Shown piece by piece: positions 9,750-20,354 of a stretch of 64,000 nt of DNA. Within the stretch, counting starts at the first letter, position 1; each line of letters begins with the position of its first letter. Source of the DNA: Candidatus Oxydemutatoraceae bacterium (lineage in GTDB: Bacteria; Pseudomonadota; Gammaproteobacteria; Poriferisulfidales; Oxydemutatoraceae); assembly GCA_965220085.1 (NCBI GenBank), contig CBDCOZ010000003.1, positions 1,600,001 through 1,664,000 of the forward strand, written 5' to 3'. Position numbers and translations under genes: made by a program. The notes under the pieces are model-generated. The model made no database searches. It had not been told where the DNA came from and worked only from the letters and a program-made list of their open reading frames with translations.

Positions 9750-10877
9750 TCACAGATGCGAAGCGATGAGGTCATTAATCGGACCGAGCTCGGCGGCGAC
9801 CGGCTCGATACCGTCGGCTGTCTGTGAGATTGCGGTATCCGGATCTTTAAGACCGTGCCCGGTCAACGTGCAGACAACAATGCTGCCGGGCGGCAACTCG
9901 CCGCGCCCCGCATCTTCCAGCAGGCCGGCAAGCGATGCGGCCGATGCCGGTTCGCAAAATATGCCTTCGCACTCGGCGAGCATCCGCTGCGCGCTGAGAA
10001 TCTTATCGTCCGAACAAGCCGCAATCTTGCCCTGTGACTCGCGCTGCGCTGCGCGCGCCATCTCCCAACTCTGCGGATTGCCGATGCGGATAGCGGTTGC
10101 GACCGTCTCCGGGCGCGCGACTTTATGGCCGAGCACGATCGGCGCGGCGCCTTCGGCCTGATAACCCATCATCCTCGGCCGCCGGGTCGCGGTGATGCGA
10201 TTGCCGACTTTATACGCGTCGCCAAGCGCGGCACGGGCTTGGTCTATGCAGAAACTGTCCGCGCCGGACGCTTCGGAATAACCCATCCAATAAGCCGATA
10301 TATTGCCGGCATTGCCGACCGGCAAGTAGTGATAATCGGGCGCATCTCCCAAGCGCTCGATAATCTCAAAGGCGGCGGTTTTCTGCCCTTGCAAGCGATA
10401 CGGATTGACCGAATTAACCAGCACGATGTCCGAACCGGCGGAAATTTCTTTCACCAGCTCCATACCCTGATCAAAATTGCCCTCGATGCGGACGACGACA
10501 GCGCCTTCTATCATCGCCTGAGCGAGCTTGCCGAGCGCGATCTTGCCGTCCGGTATCAGCACGAAGGCCTTGATACCCGCTCGGGCGGCATACGCCGCCG
10601 CCGATGCCGATGTGTTGCCGGTAGACGCACAAACAATGGCTTTGTTACCGCGTTCTATCGCATCCGTGACAGCGACTGTCATCCCGCGGTCTTTGAAAGA
10701 ACCGGTCGGATTTAACCCTTCGTATTTGACATATGCCTCAATATCGGCGTCCGCCAAACGCGGCATATTGCGCAACCGAATCAACGGCGTGTTGCCTTCA
10801 AACAAAGATACCGCATGTGCGATATCTCGCACCGGCAAATAGTCGTGGTATGCGGCAATCAGCCCTTGATAACCCAT
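9750..10877 (-). CDS. thrC: Threonine synthase
   Basis: EGLNPTGSFKDRGM, CASTGNTSAS, LPVGNAGN, LTGHGLKDP; downstream of hom. Confidence 0.96.
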   Translation of the reverse strand: MGYQGLIAAYHDYLPVRDIAHAVSLFEGNTPLIRLRNMPRLADADIEAYVKYEGLNPTGSFKDRGMTVAVTDAIERGNKAIVCASTGNTSASAAAYAARAGIKAFVLIPDGKIALGKLAQAMIEGAVVVRIEGNFDQGMELVKEISAGSDIVLVNSVNPYRLQGQKTAAFEIIERLGDAPDYHYLPVGNAGNISAYWMGYSEASGADSFCIDQARAALGDAYKVGNRITATRRPRMMGYQAEGAAPIVLGHKVARPETVATAIRIGNPQSWEMARAAQRESQGKIAACSDDKILSAQRMLAECEGIFCEPASAASLAGLLEDAGRGELPPGSIVVCTLTGHGLKDPDTAISQTADGIEPVAAELGPINDLIASHL

Positions 10878-12193
10878 CACAAGGACTCCAAGTGATAGCG
10901 CGCGACCTTCCCGACTACCGTATCAAATTGTTCTGCCCGCTCGATCGCGGCACAGATGTCCTTGGCCTTTGCCGGGTGAGTGATCAATATCAGCGGTACC
11001 GGCGTCTTGTCGTTTGTCGTTTCCTTCTGCAACACCGCCTCTATGCTAATGTTCAGACCGCCAAAGACTTCGGTAATAGCGGCCAATACGCCGGGGCAGT
11101 CTCGCACTTGCAAACGCAAATAATACGCGCTGCTTACCTCGGCGCTGTCCGACACCGGCACATCGGCCAATGCGCCCGGGCGGAAACCGAGATCGGGCAC
11201 CCGGTTTTGTGCCGGCGCCGACATCTCGCGCACCACATCGATCAAATCGGCGACCACTGCGGAAGCGGTTTCTTTTGAGCCGGCTCCGGCGCCGTAGTAC
11301 AGCGTCGGCCCGACCGCATTAGCGTCAACCAGCACCGCGTTCATCACGCCGCCGACATCCGCTAACAAAGAGCCCAGCGGAATCAAAGTCGGATGGACGC
11401 GCAACTCGATACGGCCGCCGACACGCTTGGCAATGGCGAGGTGTTTGATGCAATAACCGAGCTCCTTGGCATAAGCGACATCTTGTATGTCCGCGCCGGT
11501 CGCGCTTTCCACATATACCGAATCATATTGCAGCGGGATACCGAACGCAATCGAGGCCATGATCGTCAATTTGTGCGCCGCATCGATTCCATCCACATCA
11601 AATGTCGGGTCCGCTTCCGCATAACCGAGTCGTTGCGCTTCGGCCAGCGCCTCGCCGAAACCGCGTCCCTTTTCGCTGACCTCGGTCAGAATAAAATTGG
11701 TCGTGCCATTGACGATGCCGACCACGCGGTCGATGCGGTTGCCCGCCAGACCTTCGCGCAGAACTTTGACAATCGGGATACCGCCTGCGACCGCGCCTTC
11801 GTAAGCGAGCATGACCCGATTTTCTGCGGCGGCGGCAAAGAGCCGATTGCCCGATAGGGCGATCAACGCCTTGTTTGCGGTAACGATGTGTTTGCCGTTT
11901 TGCATCGCCCGCATAATCAGATCCAGCGCCGGCAGATGGCCGCCGATTAACTCAACTACGATATCAATCGACGGGTCGTCGACAACATCCGTCGGATCGG
12001 TCGAAAACCGCGCATCGCCGAGCGCTACGTCCCTGTGCTTGTTCGCATCGCGCGCACAGACATGGGTCACGCGGATGGCGCGCCCGGTGCGGCGCTCTAT
12101 CTCATCGGCATTGTCCGCTAGCACATTGAACACACCGCTGCCGACCGTCCCCAATCCCAGCAGACCAATTGCAACAGATTTATCTTGATTCAT
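10877..12193 (-). CDS. hom: Homoserine dehydrogenase with C-terminal ACT domain
   Basis: GLGTVGSG, VTANKAL, GIVNGTTNFIL, GYAEADPTFDVDGIDAAHKL. Confidence 0.96.
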   Translation of the reverse strand: MNQDKSVAIGLLGLGTVGSGVFNVLADNADEIERRTGRAIRVTHVCARDANKHRDVALGDARFSTDPTDVVDDPSIDIVVELIGGHLPALDLIMRAMQNGKHIVTANKALIALSGNRLFAAAAENRVMLAYEGAVAGGIPIVKVLREGLAGNRIDRVVGIVNGTTNFILTEVSEKGRGFGEALAEAQRLGYAEADPTFDVDGIDAAHKLTIMASIAFGIPLQYDSVYVESATGADIQDVAYAKELGYCIKHLAIAKRVGGRIELRVHPTLIPLGSLLADVGGVMNAVLVDANAVGPTLYYGAGAGSKETASAVVADLIDVVREMSAPAQNRVPDLGFRPGALADVPVSDSAEVSSAYYLRLQVRDCPGVLAAITEVFGGLNISIEAVLQKETTNDKTPVPLILITHPAKAKDICAAIERAEQFDTVVGKVARYHLESL

Positions 12194-13350
12194 AATATTT
12201 TTTTAATATTGCGCGCCGCCTGACGTATTCTCTGTTCGTTTTCAATCAGGCTGAAACGAACATGCCCGTCGCCATAATCGCCAAAAGCAATCCCCGGCGA
12301 CACCGCCACATTTGCATTCTTTAGCAAATGCTTGGAAAACTCCAACGAACCCGAACGCCGATCCGGCAGCGGCGCCCAGACAAACATTGTCGCGTTCGGC
12401 TTCTCAAAATGCCAACCGATCTTATTGAGATTGTCGCACAAAACATCGCGCCGGCGCATATATAACTTGCGGTTGTTCTCAACACAATCTTGCGGCCCTT
12501 CCAAGGCGGCAATGGCGGCTATCTGTATCGGCGTAAACACGCCATAATCCATATACGACTTCATTCGCGACAATGCAAACACCAAATCGGAATTGCCGCA
12601 CATGAAGCCGACTCGCCAGCCCGGCATATTATATGTCTTGGATAGCGAATAAAACTCCGCCGCCACTTTTCTGGCATCGGGCGCTTCCAAAATAGACGGC
12701 GCGCGGCCGCCGTCAAACACGATTTCCCCGTACGCCAGATCGTTGATGACCCAGATATCGTGCTCCAGAGCCAGCGCGATGACCTGTTCAAAAAATTTGA
12801 GATCAACGCAGACGCCGGTCGGATTATTGGGGAAGTTCAGAATCAACAACTTGGGTTTCGGCCAACTGTCGCGGATAGCCCGCAGCAAGGCTTCAAAAAA
12901 ATCTTCGCCTTGGGTCAAGCGCAAATACCGGATATCGGCGCCGGCGATGACGCACCCGTACGGATGAATCGGATACGCCGGATTCGGCACCAATACCCGA
13001 TCGCCGGGGTTGAGCATAGACAATGCCAGATGCGCCAGTCCCTCTTTTGACCCGATCGTGACAATCGCCTCGCTCTCATAATCCAAAGACACATTGAATT
13101 TGCGCCGGTACCAATCACAGATCGCGGCGCGTAACCGCGGAATACCGCGCGACGTGGAATACCGATGGGTATCCTTGCGCTGAGCGGCCTCGACCAACTT
13201 GCTGATCACATGGCCGGGGGCCGGCTGGTCCGGATTGCCCATGCCAAAATCCACCACATCCCCGCCTCGTTCTCTGGTTTTTTGTTTTAATTCGTTGACG
13301 ATGTTGAACACATAGGGCGGCAAACGTTCAATTCTTTCAAATTCTTTCAT
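12190..13350 (-). CDS. alaC: Alanine transaminase AlaC-like PLP aminotransferase
   Basis: FERIERLPPYVF, DFGMGNPD, TIGSKEGLAHL, SKTYNMPGWRVGF; common alaC-hom-thrC order. Confidence 0.88.
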   Translation of the reverse strand: MKEFERIERLPPYVFNIVNELKQKTRERGGDVVDFGMGNPDQPAPGHVISKLVEAAQRKDTHRYSTSRGIPRLRAAICDWYRRKFNVSLDYESEAIVTIGSKEGLAHLALSMLNPGDRVLVPNPAYPIHPYGCVIAGADIRYLRLTQGEDFFEALLRAIRDSWPKPKLLILNFPNNPTGVCVDLKFFEQVIALALEHDIWVINDLAYGEIVFDGGRAPSILEAPDARKVAAEFYSLSKTYNMPGWRVGFMCGNSDLVFALSRMKSYMDYGVFTPIQIAAIAALEGPQDCVENNRKLYMRRRDVLCDNLNKIGWHFEKPNATMFVWAPLPDRRSGSLEFSKHLLKNANVAVSPGIAFGDYGDGHVRFSLIENEQRIRQAARNIKKIL

Positions 13351-13353
13351 TTT

Positions 13354-14037
13354 CTAGTTCCGCGCGGGGAGGTATTTTAACGGATCGAGGCGGCGACCGC
13401 GATGACGGATATCAAAATAAAGTCTCGCTTCGTTTTGCGGCGACAGATAGGCGATCGGCTGCTTGCGTTTCACTTTATCGGATACCGTAACCGTGATTCT
13501 GTTGACAAACCCGTAAGCGCTGAAGAAGTCGCCCGAGTGTCTGACGATGACTAACCCGCCGTAGCGCTTGAGTCCGAAACCGCTGTAAACAACCGTGCCG
13601 TCCTCTGCCGCCAACACCGCTTGATTAGGCCGCCCGTCTATGCCGATACCGCGCAGATGGGCGGCAAAACCGGACAGCTGCGCAAGCGGCCACGACCAGC
13701 GCAACTGTGGTCGCGGCAGCGTATCTCGCTTTGTCGGGCGAGTCGCCGCGACCGTTTTCGCTTGCGGCGCGCGCCGCGCCTGCGGCGGCGGAGTCAAGCG
13801 CAAACTCTGGCCCGGGTAAATCACATACGGCTCCGCAATATCATTCCACTTTGCGATGGCAAGATAATCCAGATTATGTAACCACGCAATGGCATACAGC
13901 GTATCGTTCTTGCGCACGGTATATTCCGTATCCGATAATCGAACCGATTCAAAGTCGCTATCCGCCCAACGCTCAAAACTTACCGAGCAGGCGCTCGCGA
14001 AAACCGCCGATAGCAAGACAATATATGTTCGGCGCAT
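13354..14037 (-). CDS. nlpD: LysM plus M23 lipoprotein (NlpD-like)
   Basis: Lipobox-like ASAC, LysM (YTVRKNDTLYAIAW), degenerate M23 (GIGIDG...LYFDIR...DPLKYLP); follows surE-pcm-yqaA. Confidence 0.85.
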   Translation of the reverse strand: MRRTYIVLLSAVFASACSVSFERWADSDFESVRLSDTEYTVRKNDTLYAIAWLHNLDYLAIAKWNDIAEPYVIYPGQSLRLTPPPQARRAPQAKTVAATRPTKRDTLPRPQLRWSWPLAQLSGFAAHLRGIGIDGRPNQAVLAAEDGTVVYSGFGLKRYGGLVIVRHSGDFFSAYGFVNRITVTVSDKVKRKQPIAYLSPQNEARLYFDIRHRGRRLDPLKYLPARN

Positions 14038-14040
14038 AAA

Positions 14041-14628
14041 CTACTCCCCGCTAAAAAAAGAAACCGCCAGCGCAAGCGCCAGAATCGCGACAGTCGCCCA
14101 ACCAATTTCATTCGCCCAACGTTTGACATGCGGCAAGGCTTGCGGACCTATCCGGCGCAGCAGCAAAGCGACCAGCATAAACCGCGTGCCGCGTCCGAGC
14201 AACGAAGCGAAGACAAAAACCGACAAGTTTTGTGATAGCGCGCCCGCGCTCAAAGTAAACAGCTTATATGGAATCGGGCTAAACGCCGAAACAAATACGC
14301 TCCATCCGCCCCAGCGCTCAAACCACGCGACCGCCTGTTGATAGTCGGCCCAATGCCCGGTTGCCGCCAACCACGGGCGTATCCAGTCGAAGAGGAAGAA
14401 ACCGGCCAGATAGCCGATGACTCCGCCGCCGACCGAGAACACCGTCGTCCATAACGCAAAACGCAGCGCCCTGTGCGGTTGCACCGCACACATCGGCGCC
14501 AGCATCACATCCGGCGGTATCGGAAAGAAAGTCGATTCGCAGACGCTCAAAGCGTAGAGGTAACGCTCGGCCCGCGGCCCGGCGGAACCGCGTACGGTCA
14601 TATCGTATAGCCCGGCAAAGATGCCCAT
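14041..14628 (-). CDS. YqaA/DedA family membrane protein
   Basis: ESTFFPIPPDVML, FSPIPYKLF motifs. Confidence 0.9.
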   Translation of the reverse strand: MGIFAGLYDMTVRGSAGPRAERYLYALSVCESTFFPIPPDVMLAPMCAVQPHRALRFALWTTVFSVGGGVIGYLAGFFLFDWIRPWLAATGHWADYQQAVAWFERWGGWSVFVSAFSPIPYKLFTLSAGALSQNLSVFVFASLLGRGTRFMLVALLLRRIGPQALPHVKRWANEIGWATVAILALALAVSFFSGE

Positions 14629-14631
14629 CGC

Positions 14632-15330
14632 TCAGCCTCCGACCAAAGGAACAAACCGCACCATACCGAGCGACCGCTCGATGTAATCATCCCCGCGGCG
14701 GGTAATCAAGATCAACTTCTGGTCGGCGCCATCGGCTCCGACAGGAATCACCAAGCGACCGCCGTCGGCGAGTTGTCGCAACAATAGCGGCGGCACTTGG
14801 GGCGCGGCAGCGGTCACGATGATGCTGTCATAAGGCGCGAACTGCGGCCACCCTTTGCGGCCATCGGCACAACGAAAATGGATATTGTCGCAAGCCAACT
14901 CCTTCAGTATCCGCTTTGCTTTGCGTTGCAAAGAGGCGATGCGCTCTACCGTGAAGACCCGCGCCACGAGTTGCGACAATATCGCCGCCTGATAACCGGA
15001 ACCGGTGCCGATCTCAAGAACATTATCCAAGGCTTTGTTATGCAACAGCATCTCGGTCATGTACGCAACGACATAGGGCTGCGAGATGGTCTGTTCGCAA
15101 CCGATCGGAAGCGCTTGATCCTTGTAAGCCAGATGGACAAACTCTTCTTCGGTAAAGCGGTCGCGCGGAATTTTCAGCAGCGCATCGAGCACCCGCTGAT
15201 TTTTAATGCCCTTGGCCCTCAGGTTGCGAATCAAGTTTTTCTTGACCGGCAAAAGCGCCTCTCGGCGAGAGCCGCTGTTTGCCTTCGTTGCCGCGCCTTC
15301 AGTCTTCAAAGCAACCGGCGACCTTCGCAA
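14632..15330 (-). CDS. pcm: Protein-L-isoaspartate O-methyltransferase (start uncertain)
   Basis: QTISQPYVVA, VLEIGTGSGYQAA, APYDSIIVTAA. Confidence 0.95.
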   Translation of the reverse strand: MRRSPVALKTEGAATKANSGSRREALLPVKKNLIRNLRAKGIKNQRVLDALLKIPRDRFTEEEFVHLAYKDQALPIGCEQTISQPYVVAYMTEMLLHNKALDNVLEIGTGSGYQAAILSQLVARVFTVERIASLQRKAKRILKELACDNIHFRCADGRKGWPQFAPYDSIIVTAAAPQVPPLLLRQLADGGRLVIPVGADGADQKLILITRRGDDYIERSLGMVRFVPLVGG

Positions 15331-16048
15331 TGGAATCGTGATGCGTCAAATCCACATGCAAAGGCGTGATGGAAACAACATGATCATTGACCGCGTGGAA
15401 ATCGGTGCCCGGCCCCGCATCCTGCTCGGGCCCGGCCGCGCCGACCCAGTAAATGGGCTTGCCTTGCGGATCCTGATCCTTGATCACCGGTTCGGAACGG
15501 TGGCGGCTGCCCAAGCGCGTGGCTTGCATTCCTCGTATGGCCCGCATCGGCACATCGGGGATATTCACATTGAGGATGATCTCCGAGGACAGCGGCTGTG
15601 TGATGGACTTTTCTATAATGGATTTGGCAATACTGCCGGCGCAATCCCATTCCTTCGCTTCGCCCGCGGTCACCAGAGAAAAAGCAATTGCCGGAAATCC
15701 CAGAAACCGTCCTTCGGTCGCCGCCGCAACGGTGCCGGAATAAATGACATCATCGCCGAGATTCTGGCCGAGATTGATTCCGGAAACCACCATGTCGGGA
15801 GGGTCGGAATCCAGCAAGCCTGTGATTGCAAGGTGCACGCAATCGGTCGGGGTGCCATCGACCGCATAAATATTTTGCGCCATTTTCTGCGCGCGCAAAG
15901 GACGATCAAGCGTGAGCGAATTGCTTGCGGCGGAGCGATTCACCGTCGGCGCGACTACCGTAATTCTGGCAACGGATGCCAGTTGGCCGCACAGCACCGC
16001 GATGCCCGGACTGTCGTAGCCATCGTCATTGCTGATCAAAATATGCAT
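15299..16048 (-). CDS. surE: 5'/3'-nucleotidase SurE
   Basis: ILISNDDG, GTPTDCV, SGINLGQNLGDDVIYSGTV. Confidence 0.97.
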   Translation of the reverse strand: MHILISNDDGYDSPGIAVLCGQLASVARITVVAPTVNRSAASNSLTLDRPLRAQKMAQNIYAVDGTPTDCVHLAITGLLDSDPPDMVVSGINLGQNLGDDVIYSGTVAAATEGRFLGFPAIAFSLVTAGEAKEWDCAGSIAKSIIEKSITQPLSSEIILNVNIPDVPMRAIRGMQATRLGSRHRSEPVIKDQDPQGKPIYWVGAAGPEQDAGPGTDFHAVNDHVVSITPLHVDLTHHDSIAKVAGCFED

Positions 16049-16076
16049 AATATTCGGATACTGTTATTAGGATAGA

Positions 16077-16574
16077 ATGCGTCTGTTGAATAAGTCAAAA
16101 CAAGAAGAAAGCTTCTCTGAGCTATTTGAGCGGCATAAGCCCCCTGCGCCCGCCGTTAAAAAAGCCCGGCCCGTTGCGCCATCGTCAGTAAGAGATTATA
16201 ACGATAAGACGGCAAAATCGCACACCCATTCCGCTCCCCAAGAGACCCGGTTTCGCAGCGGAATACAAAAAAGTATCCGCCTGCGACTCAGAAAGGGCAA
16301 AATAAGATACGAAGATACTCTGGATTTGCATGGCTTCAAACGCGCCGAAGCGCTCATACTGATGGCGAATTTTTTGCAGGCCGCGCATGCCGACGGCAAG
16401 CGTTGCGTGCGAATCATCTTCGGCAGCGGTCGCCGTTCGCCGACCGGAGCGGTGCTGAAACCCGCCGTTCAATCATACCTGTGCGATTGCGAATACATCA
16501 ACGGATATGCGCCGACCACCCTCCGTGACGGAGGCGACGGCGCTGCTTACGTCTTGCTCAAAAGCCCGCGTTAA
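16077..16574 (+). CDS. Smr/MutS2 C-terminal domain protein
   Basis: LDLHG, RIIFGSG, DGGDGAAYVLL. Confidence 0.88.
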   Translation: MRLLNKSKQEESFSELFERHKPPAPAVKKARPVAPSSVRDYNDKTAKSHTHSAPQETRFRSGIQKSIRLRLRKGKIRYEDTLDLHGFKRAEALILMANFLQAAHADGKRCVRIIFGSGRRSPTGAVLKPAVQSYLCDCEYINGYAPTTLRDGGDGAAYVLLKSPR

Positions 16575-17848
16575 TGGACAAAGACCCGACACCAAAGCAT
16601 CAACCGAATTGCGCCGACGGTTCGGATATCCTGTCGCTATCGCCGGACCTTGCGCGCGCAAAGATTCTCGATGCGGTAACACCGATCACCGAATCGGCAC
16701 GGCTGGACATACGGCAAGCGCTCGGGAGGACGCTTGCCCATCCGGTGCGCTCGCAGATCAACGTTCCCGCACACCCCAATTCGGCAATGGATGGTTACGC
16801 GGTGCGCTTTGATGATTTGGATAAGCGGGCAACCGTCACCCTCACGCTTGCCGGCCATGCCTTTGCGGGTCGCCCGTTTGCGGGAACGCTGCTGCCGGGA
16901 CAGTGCGCGCGCATAATGACCGGCGGCGTCATGCCAAACGGCAGCGACACCGTTGTCATACAAGAGCAGGTCGAACGCGAAGGCGATGAGGTTCGCATCG
17001 AGGGCGCGCGCCACCGATACGGGCAGAATGTGCGGCAAGCCGGCGAAGACATTGCGGCGGGTACGATTGCGATTGCCGGCGGAACTCGGCTCATGCCCGC
17101 GCACATCGGACTGCTGGCATCGCTTGGCATAGCCCAAGCGGAAGTATTGCGACAGATCAAAGCGTGTATCTTTTCGACCGGAGACGAATTGCGACCGATC
17201 GGCGCGCCGCTTGACACAGGCGAAATTTATGACAGCAACCGCTATACGCTGGTTGCGATGTTACAACGGCTCGGCGCGCAGACAACCGACTTGGGAGTCA
17301 TCAAAGACGATGAGGAATCCCTCGGCGCGGCCTTTGCAAAAGCGTCCGCCGATTACGATGTGGTTATCACATCGGGAGGCATGTCGGTCGGCGAAACCGA
17401 CTTTACCAAAAAAGTCTTTGCCCGCGCCGGCAACATCGACTTTTGGAAACTCGCGCTCAAGCCGGGGCGACCGGTCGCTTTTGGCAAACTGTCAAACGCG
17501 CTCTACTTCGGCTTGCCCGGTAACCCGGTCTCCGTCGTCGTCACGTTCTATGCGCTGGTGCAACCCGCCCTCAATAAAATGCTGGGGCTGTCGGATATCC
17601 GCCCGCTCAAACTGCGCGCGCGTTGCGCTTCGCCGTTACGCAAGCGACGCGGCAGAGTTGAGTTGCAGCGCGGGATACTGGCAGCCGATGCCGGCGGGGA
17701 ACTCCGTGTCACGTCAACCGGCACACAGGGCTCCGGAATACTCAGTTCGGTAACCAGAGCAAACTGCTTCATTGAATTGCCCGCCGAATGCGAAGGGATT
17801 GAAGCCGGCGACGACGTAGCGGTTATTCCGTTTGCGGGGCTGGCATAG
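16574..17848 (+). CDS. moeA: Molybdopterin molybdotransferase MoeA
   Basis: NSAMDGYA, RIMTGG, STGDEL, YDSNRY, SGGMSVGETD, GLPGNPVS. Confidence 0.97.
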   Translation: MDKDPTPKHQPNCADGSDILSLSPDLARAKILDAVTPITESARLDIRQALGRTLAHPVRSQINVPAHPNSAMDGYAVRFDDLDKRATVTLTLAGHAFAGRPFAGTLLPGQCARIMTGGVMPNGSDTVVIQEQVEREGDEVRIEGARHRYGQNVRQAGEDIAAGTIAIAGGTRLMPAHIGLLASLGIAQAEVLRQIKACIFSTGDELRPIGAPLDTGEIYDSNRYTLVAMLQRLGAQTTDLGVIKDDEESLGAAFAKASADYDVVITSGGMSVGETDFTKKVFARAGNIDFWKLALKPGRPVAFGKLSNALYFGLPGNPVSVVVTFYALVQPALNKMLGLSDIRPLKLRARCASPLRKRRGRVELQRGILAADAGGELRVTSTGTQGSGILSSVTRANCFIELPAECEGIEAGDDVAVIPFAGLA

Positions 17849-17899
17849 AAACCCCGAGCGGACATCGTTTGTTTCTGCGGTCTGTATTCCGGCATGCGT

Positions 17900-18349
17900 T
17901 CATGCGACCTCGCCCTCGGCCTTGACCCACCGCTTGGAATCCGGCAATGATTCCTTTTTCCAAAATGGCGCCTTTGATTTCAACTCCTCAACCAAAGCGC
18001 GATTGACCGCGTACGCATCGCGACGGTGCGCCGCCCACACCGCGACCATAACGATCGGATCCCCGGGACGCACCCTGCCGATGCGATGTATGACAAGCGT
18101 ACCCTCAAGGTCCCGGCGGTCGGCTGCCGTTGCGACCGCATCGGCGATGTATTTCTCGGTCATGCCTTCATAGTGCTCAATGCGCATAGAAGCGACCGCA
18201 TCGCCCCGATTAAAATCCCGCATCGTACCGACAAACAAGGACAATGCGCCATAGCGACCCTCCTTGAGGTTTTTTTTCTGATACTCTTGCGCCTCGCGCC
18301 AAGGATCAAATTGCTTATCCAAAATTTGTATGCATGTGTTCATAGACAT
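17900..18349 (-). CDS. moaE: Molybdopterin synthase catalytic subunit MoaE
   Basis: FVGTMRD, EHYEGMTEK, HRIG, AAHR, LKSKAPFWKKE. Confidence 0.94.
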   Translation of the reverse strand: MSMNTCIQILDKQFDPWREAQEYQKKNLKEGRYGALSLFVGTMRDFNRGDAVASMRIEHYEGMTEKYIADAVATAADRRDLEGTLVIHRIGRVRPGDPIVMVAVWAAHRRDAYAVNRALVEELKSKAPFWKKESLPDSKRWVKAEGEVA

Positions 18350-18427
18350 GACTTTCTCTCCATCGCAGCCAGTGTATCACACACAGTCATCATGCATCTC
18401 GGCTTGCGAATCGGGAACCCTCCGCTT

Positions 18428-18503
18428 GACTCCGCCCGGCCGACAACGGAAGCGGTTGCAAAGGCCATGTTCCGGCGCTATTTCACACAGGGGCATAGCG
18501 GCG
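18428..18503 (+). repeat. Left arm of ~77-bp imperfect inverted repeat (pairs with 23501-23577)
   Basis: GACTCCGCC-N4-CGACAACGGAAGCGGTTGCAAAGGCCATGTTC...CGCTATTTCACA...AGCGGCG matches the reverse complement of 23501-23577. Confidence 0.8.
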
Positions 18504-18711
18504 GGCAGATGCCGTTGTCTTTATGCTGCGAAGGAGACATCGCCAATGTCTCGTTCAGCCCGCAAGCGCACCCATAACGCCGACAGCGCCGATCGCCGAA
18601 GCTGTGACAGACCGTCATAGCCGCGCCGACACCGCACAAATTCAATGCGGTGTGCCGTAGCGCTTCCGAATTAGCAATGTGCGCACTCAATTCCGCGCAC
18701 GGGTACTTGCG

Positions 18712-20354
18712 CTACCGCAACGGCCCTTCCAGGAAGACGCGCAACCGCAAGCGCAAGCGCTCCGCCAGATGTATGGTCATCATATGGGTTGCGCTGGATA
18801 AGGCGCCATCGCTCACGGTGAAGGTGAAACTGGCGTAATTGGGCTGTGCGAGCTGGTCCGATGCCGGATAGTAGGTGATGGCGCCGATGTTGTCAGCCAT
18901 CACAATGTGATCCACGGAAGCGGGGGAACCGCCCACTCGCAAAGTGCCGACGGATGGCAGAGTCTTTATGGTGATGGCGGTCAGGCTGTCGCCTTCCTCG
19001 TCCATGTACGGGAAGTCGGAGACCTTGAAAGCGTAGGGCGCGTTTTCGGTTGCCCTGATAGATACCGTCACCGAATCGTCGCTACTGACGGGGGCATCGT
19101 TGATGCTGGATATGCGGGCGGCGTCGGAGCAGAGGGCAGGGGATGCTACGGTGCCGCCTTCGGATGCCGGGGCGGCGTGTTTGTCCATGAAGAATGCGCA
19201 GGCTCTTATGTGCATTCCCCCCTGGGCCTGCAATGGGGTGAAAGTGGCCCCGGTGGCCCCGGCTATGGGACCGTAGTCGGCATCCGCCGGGGCGCCGCTG
19301 GCAGGGGCCGGGGCCTGGTACCATTGCCATTGCAGGGTGTCAGTGTCTATGCCGTTGGGTTCGGTTATGCCTCTGACGCTGGCGGTAAGCATCACATCCT
19401 CGTTGCTAACAGCGCCGATGGGGGTTAATGCGGCGAGGAGCGGAATGGGTCTGTATACCGTGGGTTTGCCGGCGGCGGCCTGCCCCCGGCTGTTTATTAT
19501 GTCTATGGTGAGGGTGGCGGCTTCGGCGGCTTCATCGGCACGGGTGGCGCGACCGCCATTATCCCGCACTCTGTATGTGAATGTGGCATAGCCCGCGCCA
19601 ACGGCGGGGTTGGCATCCGGATAGTATGCCAGATAATCCACTTCGGTGACATCCAGAAAATTGTTGGCACGGATACATCTGGGGTTGGCAGTGCAATGAG
19701 TGCTAAGAGATGAGCCATCCAAAAACGCATCCGCCAGAATACCCCGCGTGGGCACGGACACTATGTAGATGCCATCGAGGGTGTTGCCATCCTCATCGGA
19801 AAAGGGGAAGTCCGCCCGCGCAAAGAGGTACGGGGCGGCGGAACTGGCGTTGTCCGGCACCATTATGGCGCTGTCGCCGCCAACAGGCCGGTCGGCCACA
19901 TTGGCCACTGCGGCGACCGAGGTCCAGCATCGGGTCTCGTTGTTGCCGCCGTCATCGGCAAAGGCGGCGCAGACGCGGATGAACTTGCCGACATGCTCCT
20001 GCAACGGGGTGAATGTGGCGGCGGTCGCCGTGGTGATGTTGGCGTAGGCGCCGCCGCCAGTGTCGGCCACGCTCCATTGCCAAGTCGGCGTGAAGGTGGT
20101 GATGCCATCGGCATCGCCTATCATGCCTTGGACTGCGGTCAGTGCGCTGTCCTCATTGGGCCCCGTCGTGGTCAGGTTGGTGTTGTCCGCCGCCGTCACC
20201 GTCGGGGTACCGGTGGCGTTCTGCGCTTGCGCTTGGGTGCAGACGGCAAACAGAGCCGGCAGAATAAGCGTCCAGAGGCTAAGCCGAGCTAGTGTCGCCC
20301 ACCGATGCGGGGGGGGGGGGGGGGGGTATAGGTATTATTAATTTTTAAGCTCAT
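18712..20354 (-). CDS. Secreted modular Ig/cadherin-like protein with RLRLRVFLEGPLR tail; ATG at 20354 out of frame at a C18 tract (phase OFF as sequenced)
   Basis: Track ORF 18712-20199 extends upstream in frame through HRWATLARLSLWTLILPALFAVCTQAQAQ to the homopolymer; ATG AGC TTA AAA lies 5' of the tract; repeats NDAP..PY.F..SDFP..DE.G and WQW..GAT.ATFTP.Q..IR.C. Confidence 0.8.
20309..20326 (+). repeat. G18 homopolymer (C18 on the coding strand), putative slipped-strand phase-variation tract
   Basis: 18 G counted; lies 28 nt after the ATG; 16 or 19 would restore the frame. Confidence 0.85.

Noticed and set aside
9662-9750. Integrative element at the tRNA-Asn or tRNA-Val 3' end
   Set aside because: No integrase and no duplicated tRNA 3' end found in the window
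18350-18700. moaD or a Moco riboswitch upstream of moaE
   Set aside because: No ORF with a C-terminal GG, and no match to the Moco RNA features I recall; an Infernal search with the Rfam Moco model would settle it
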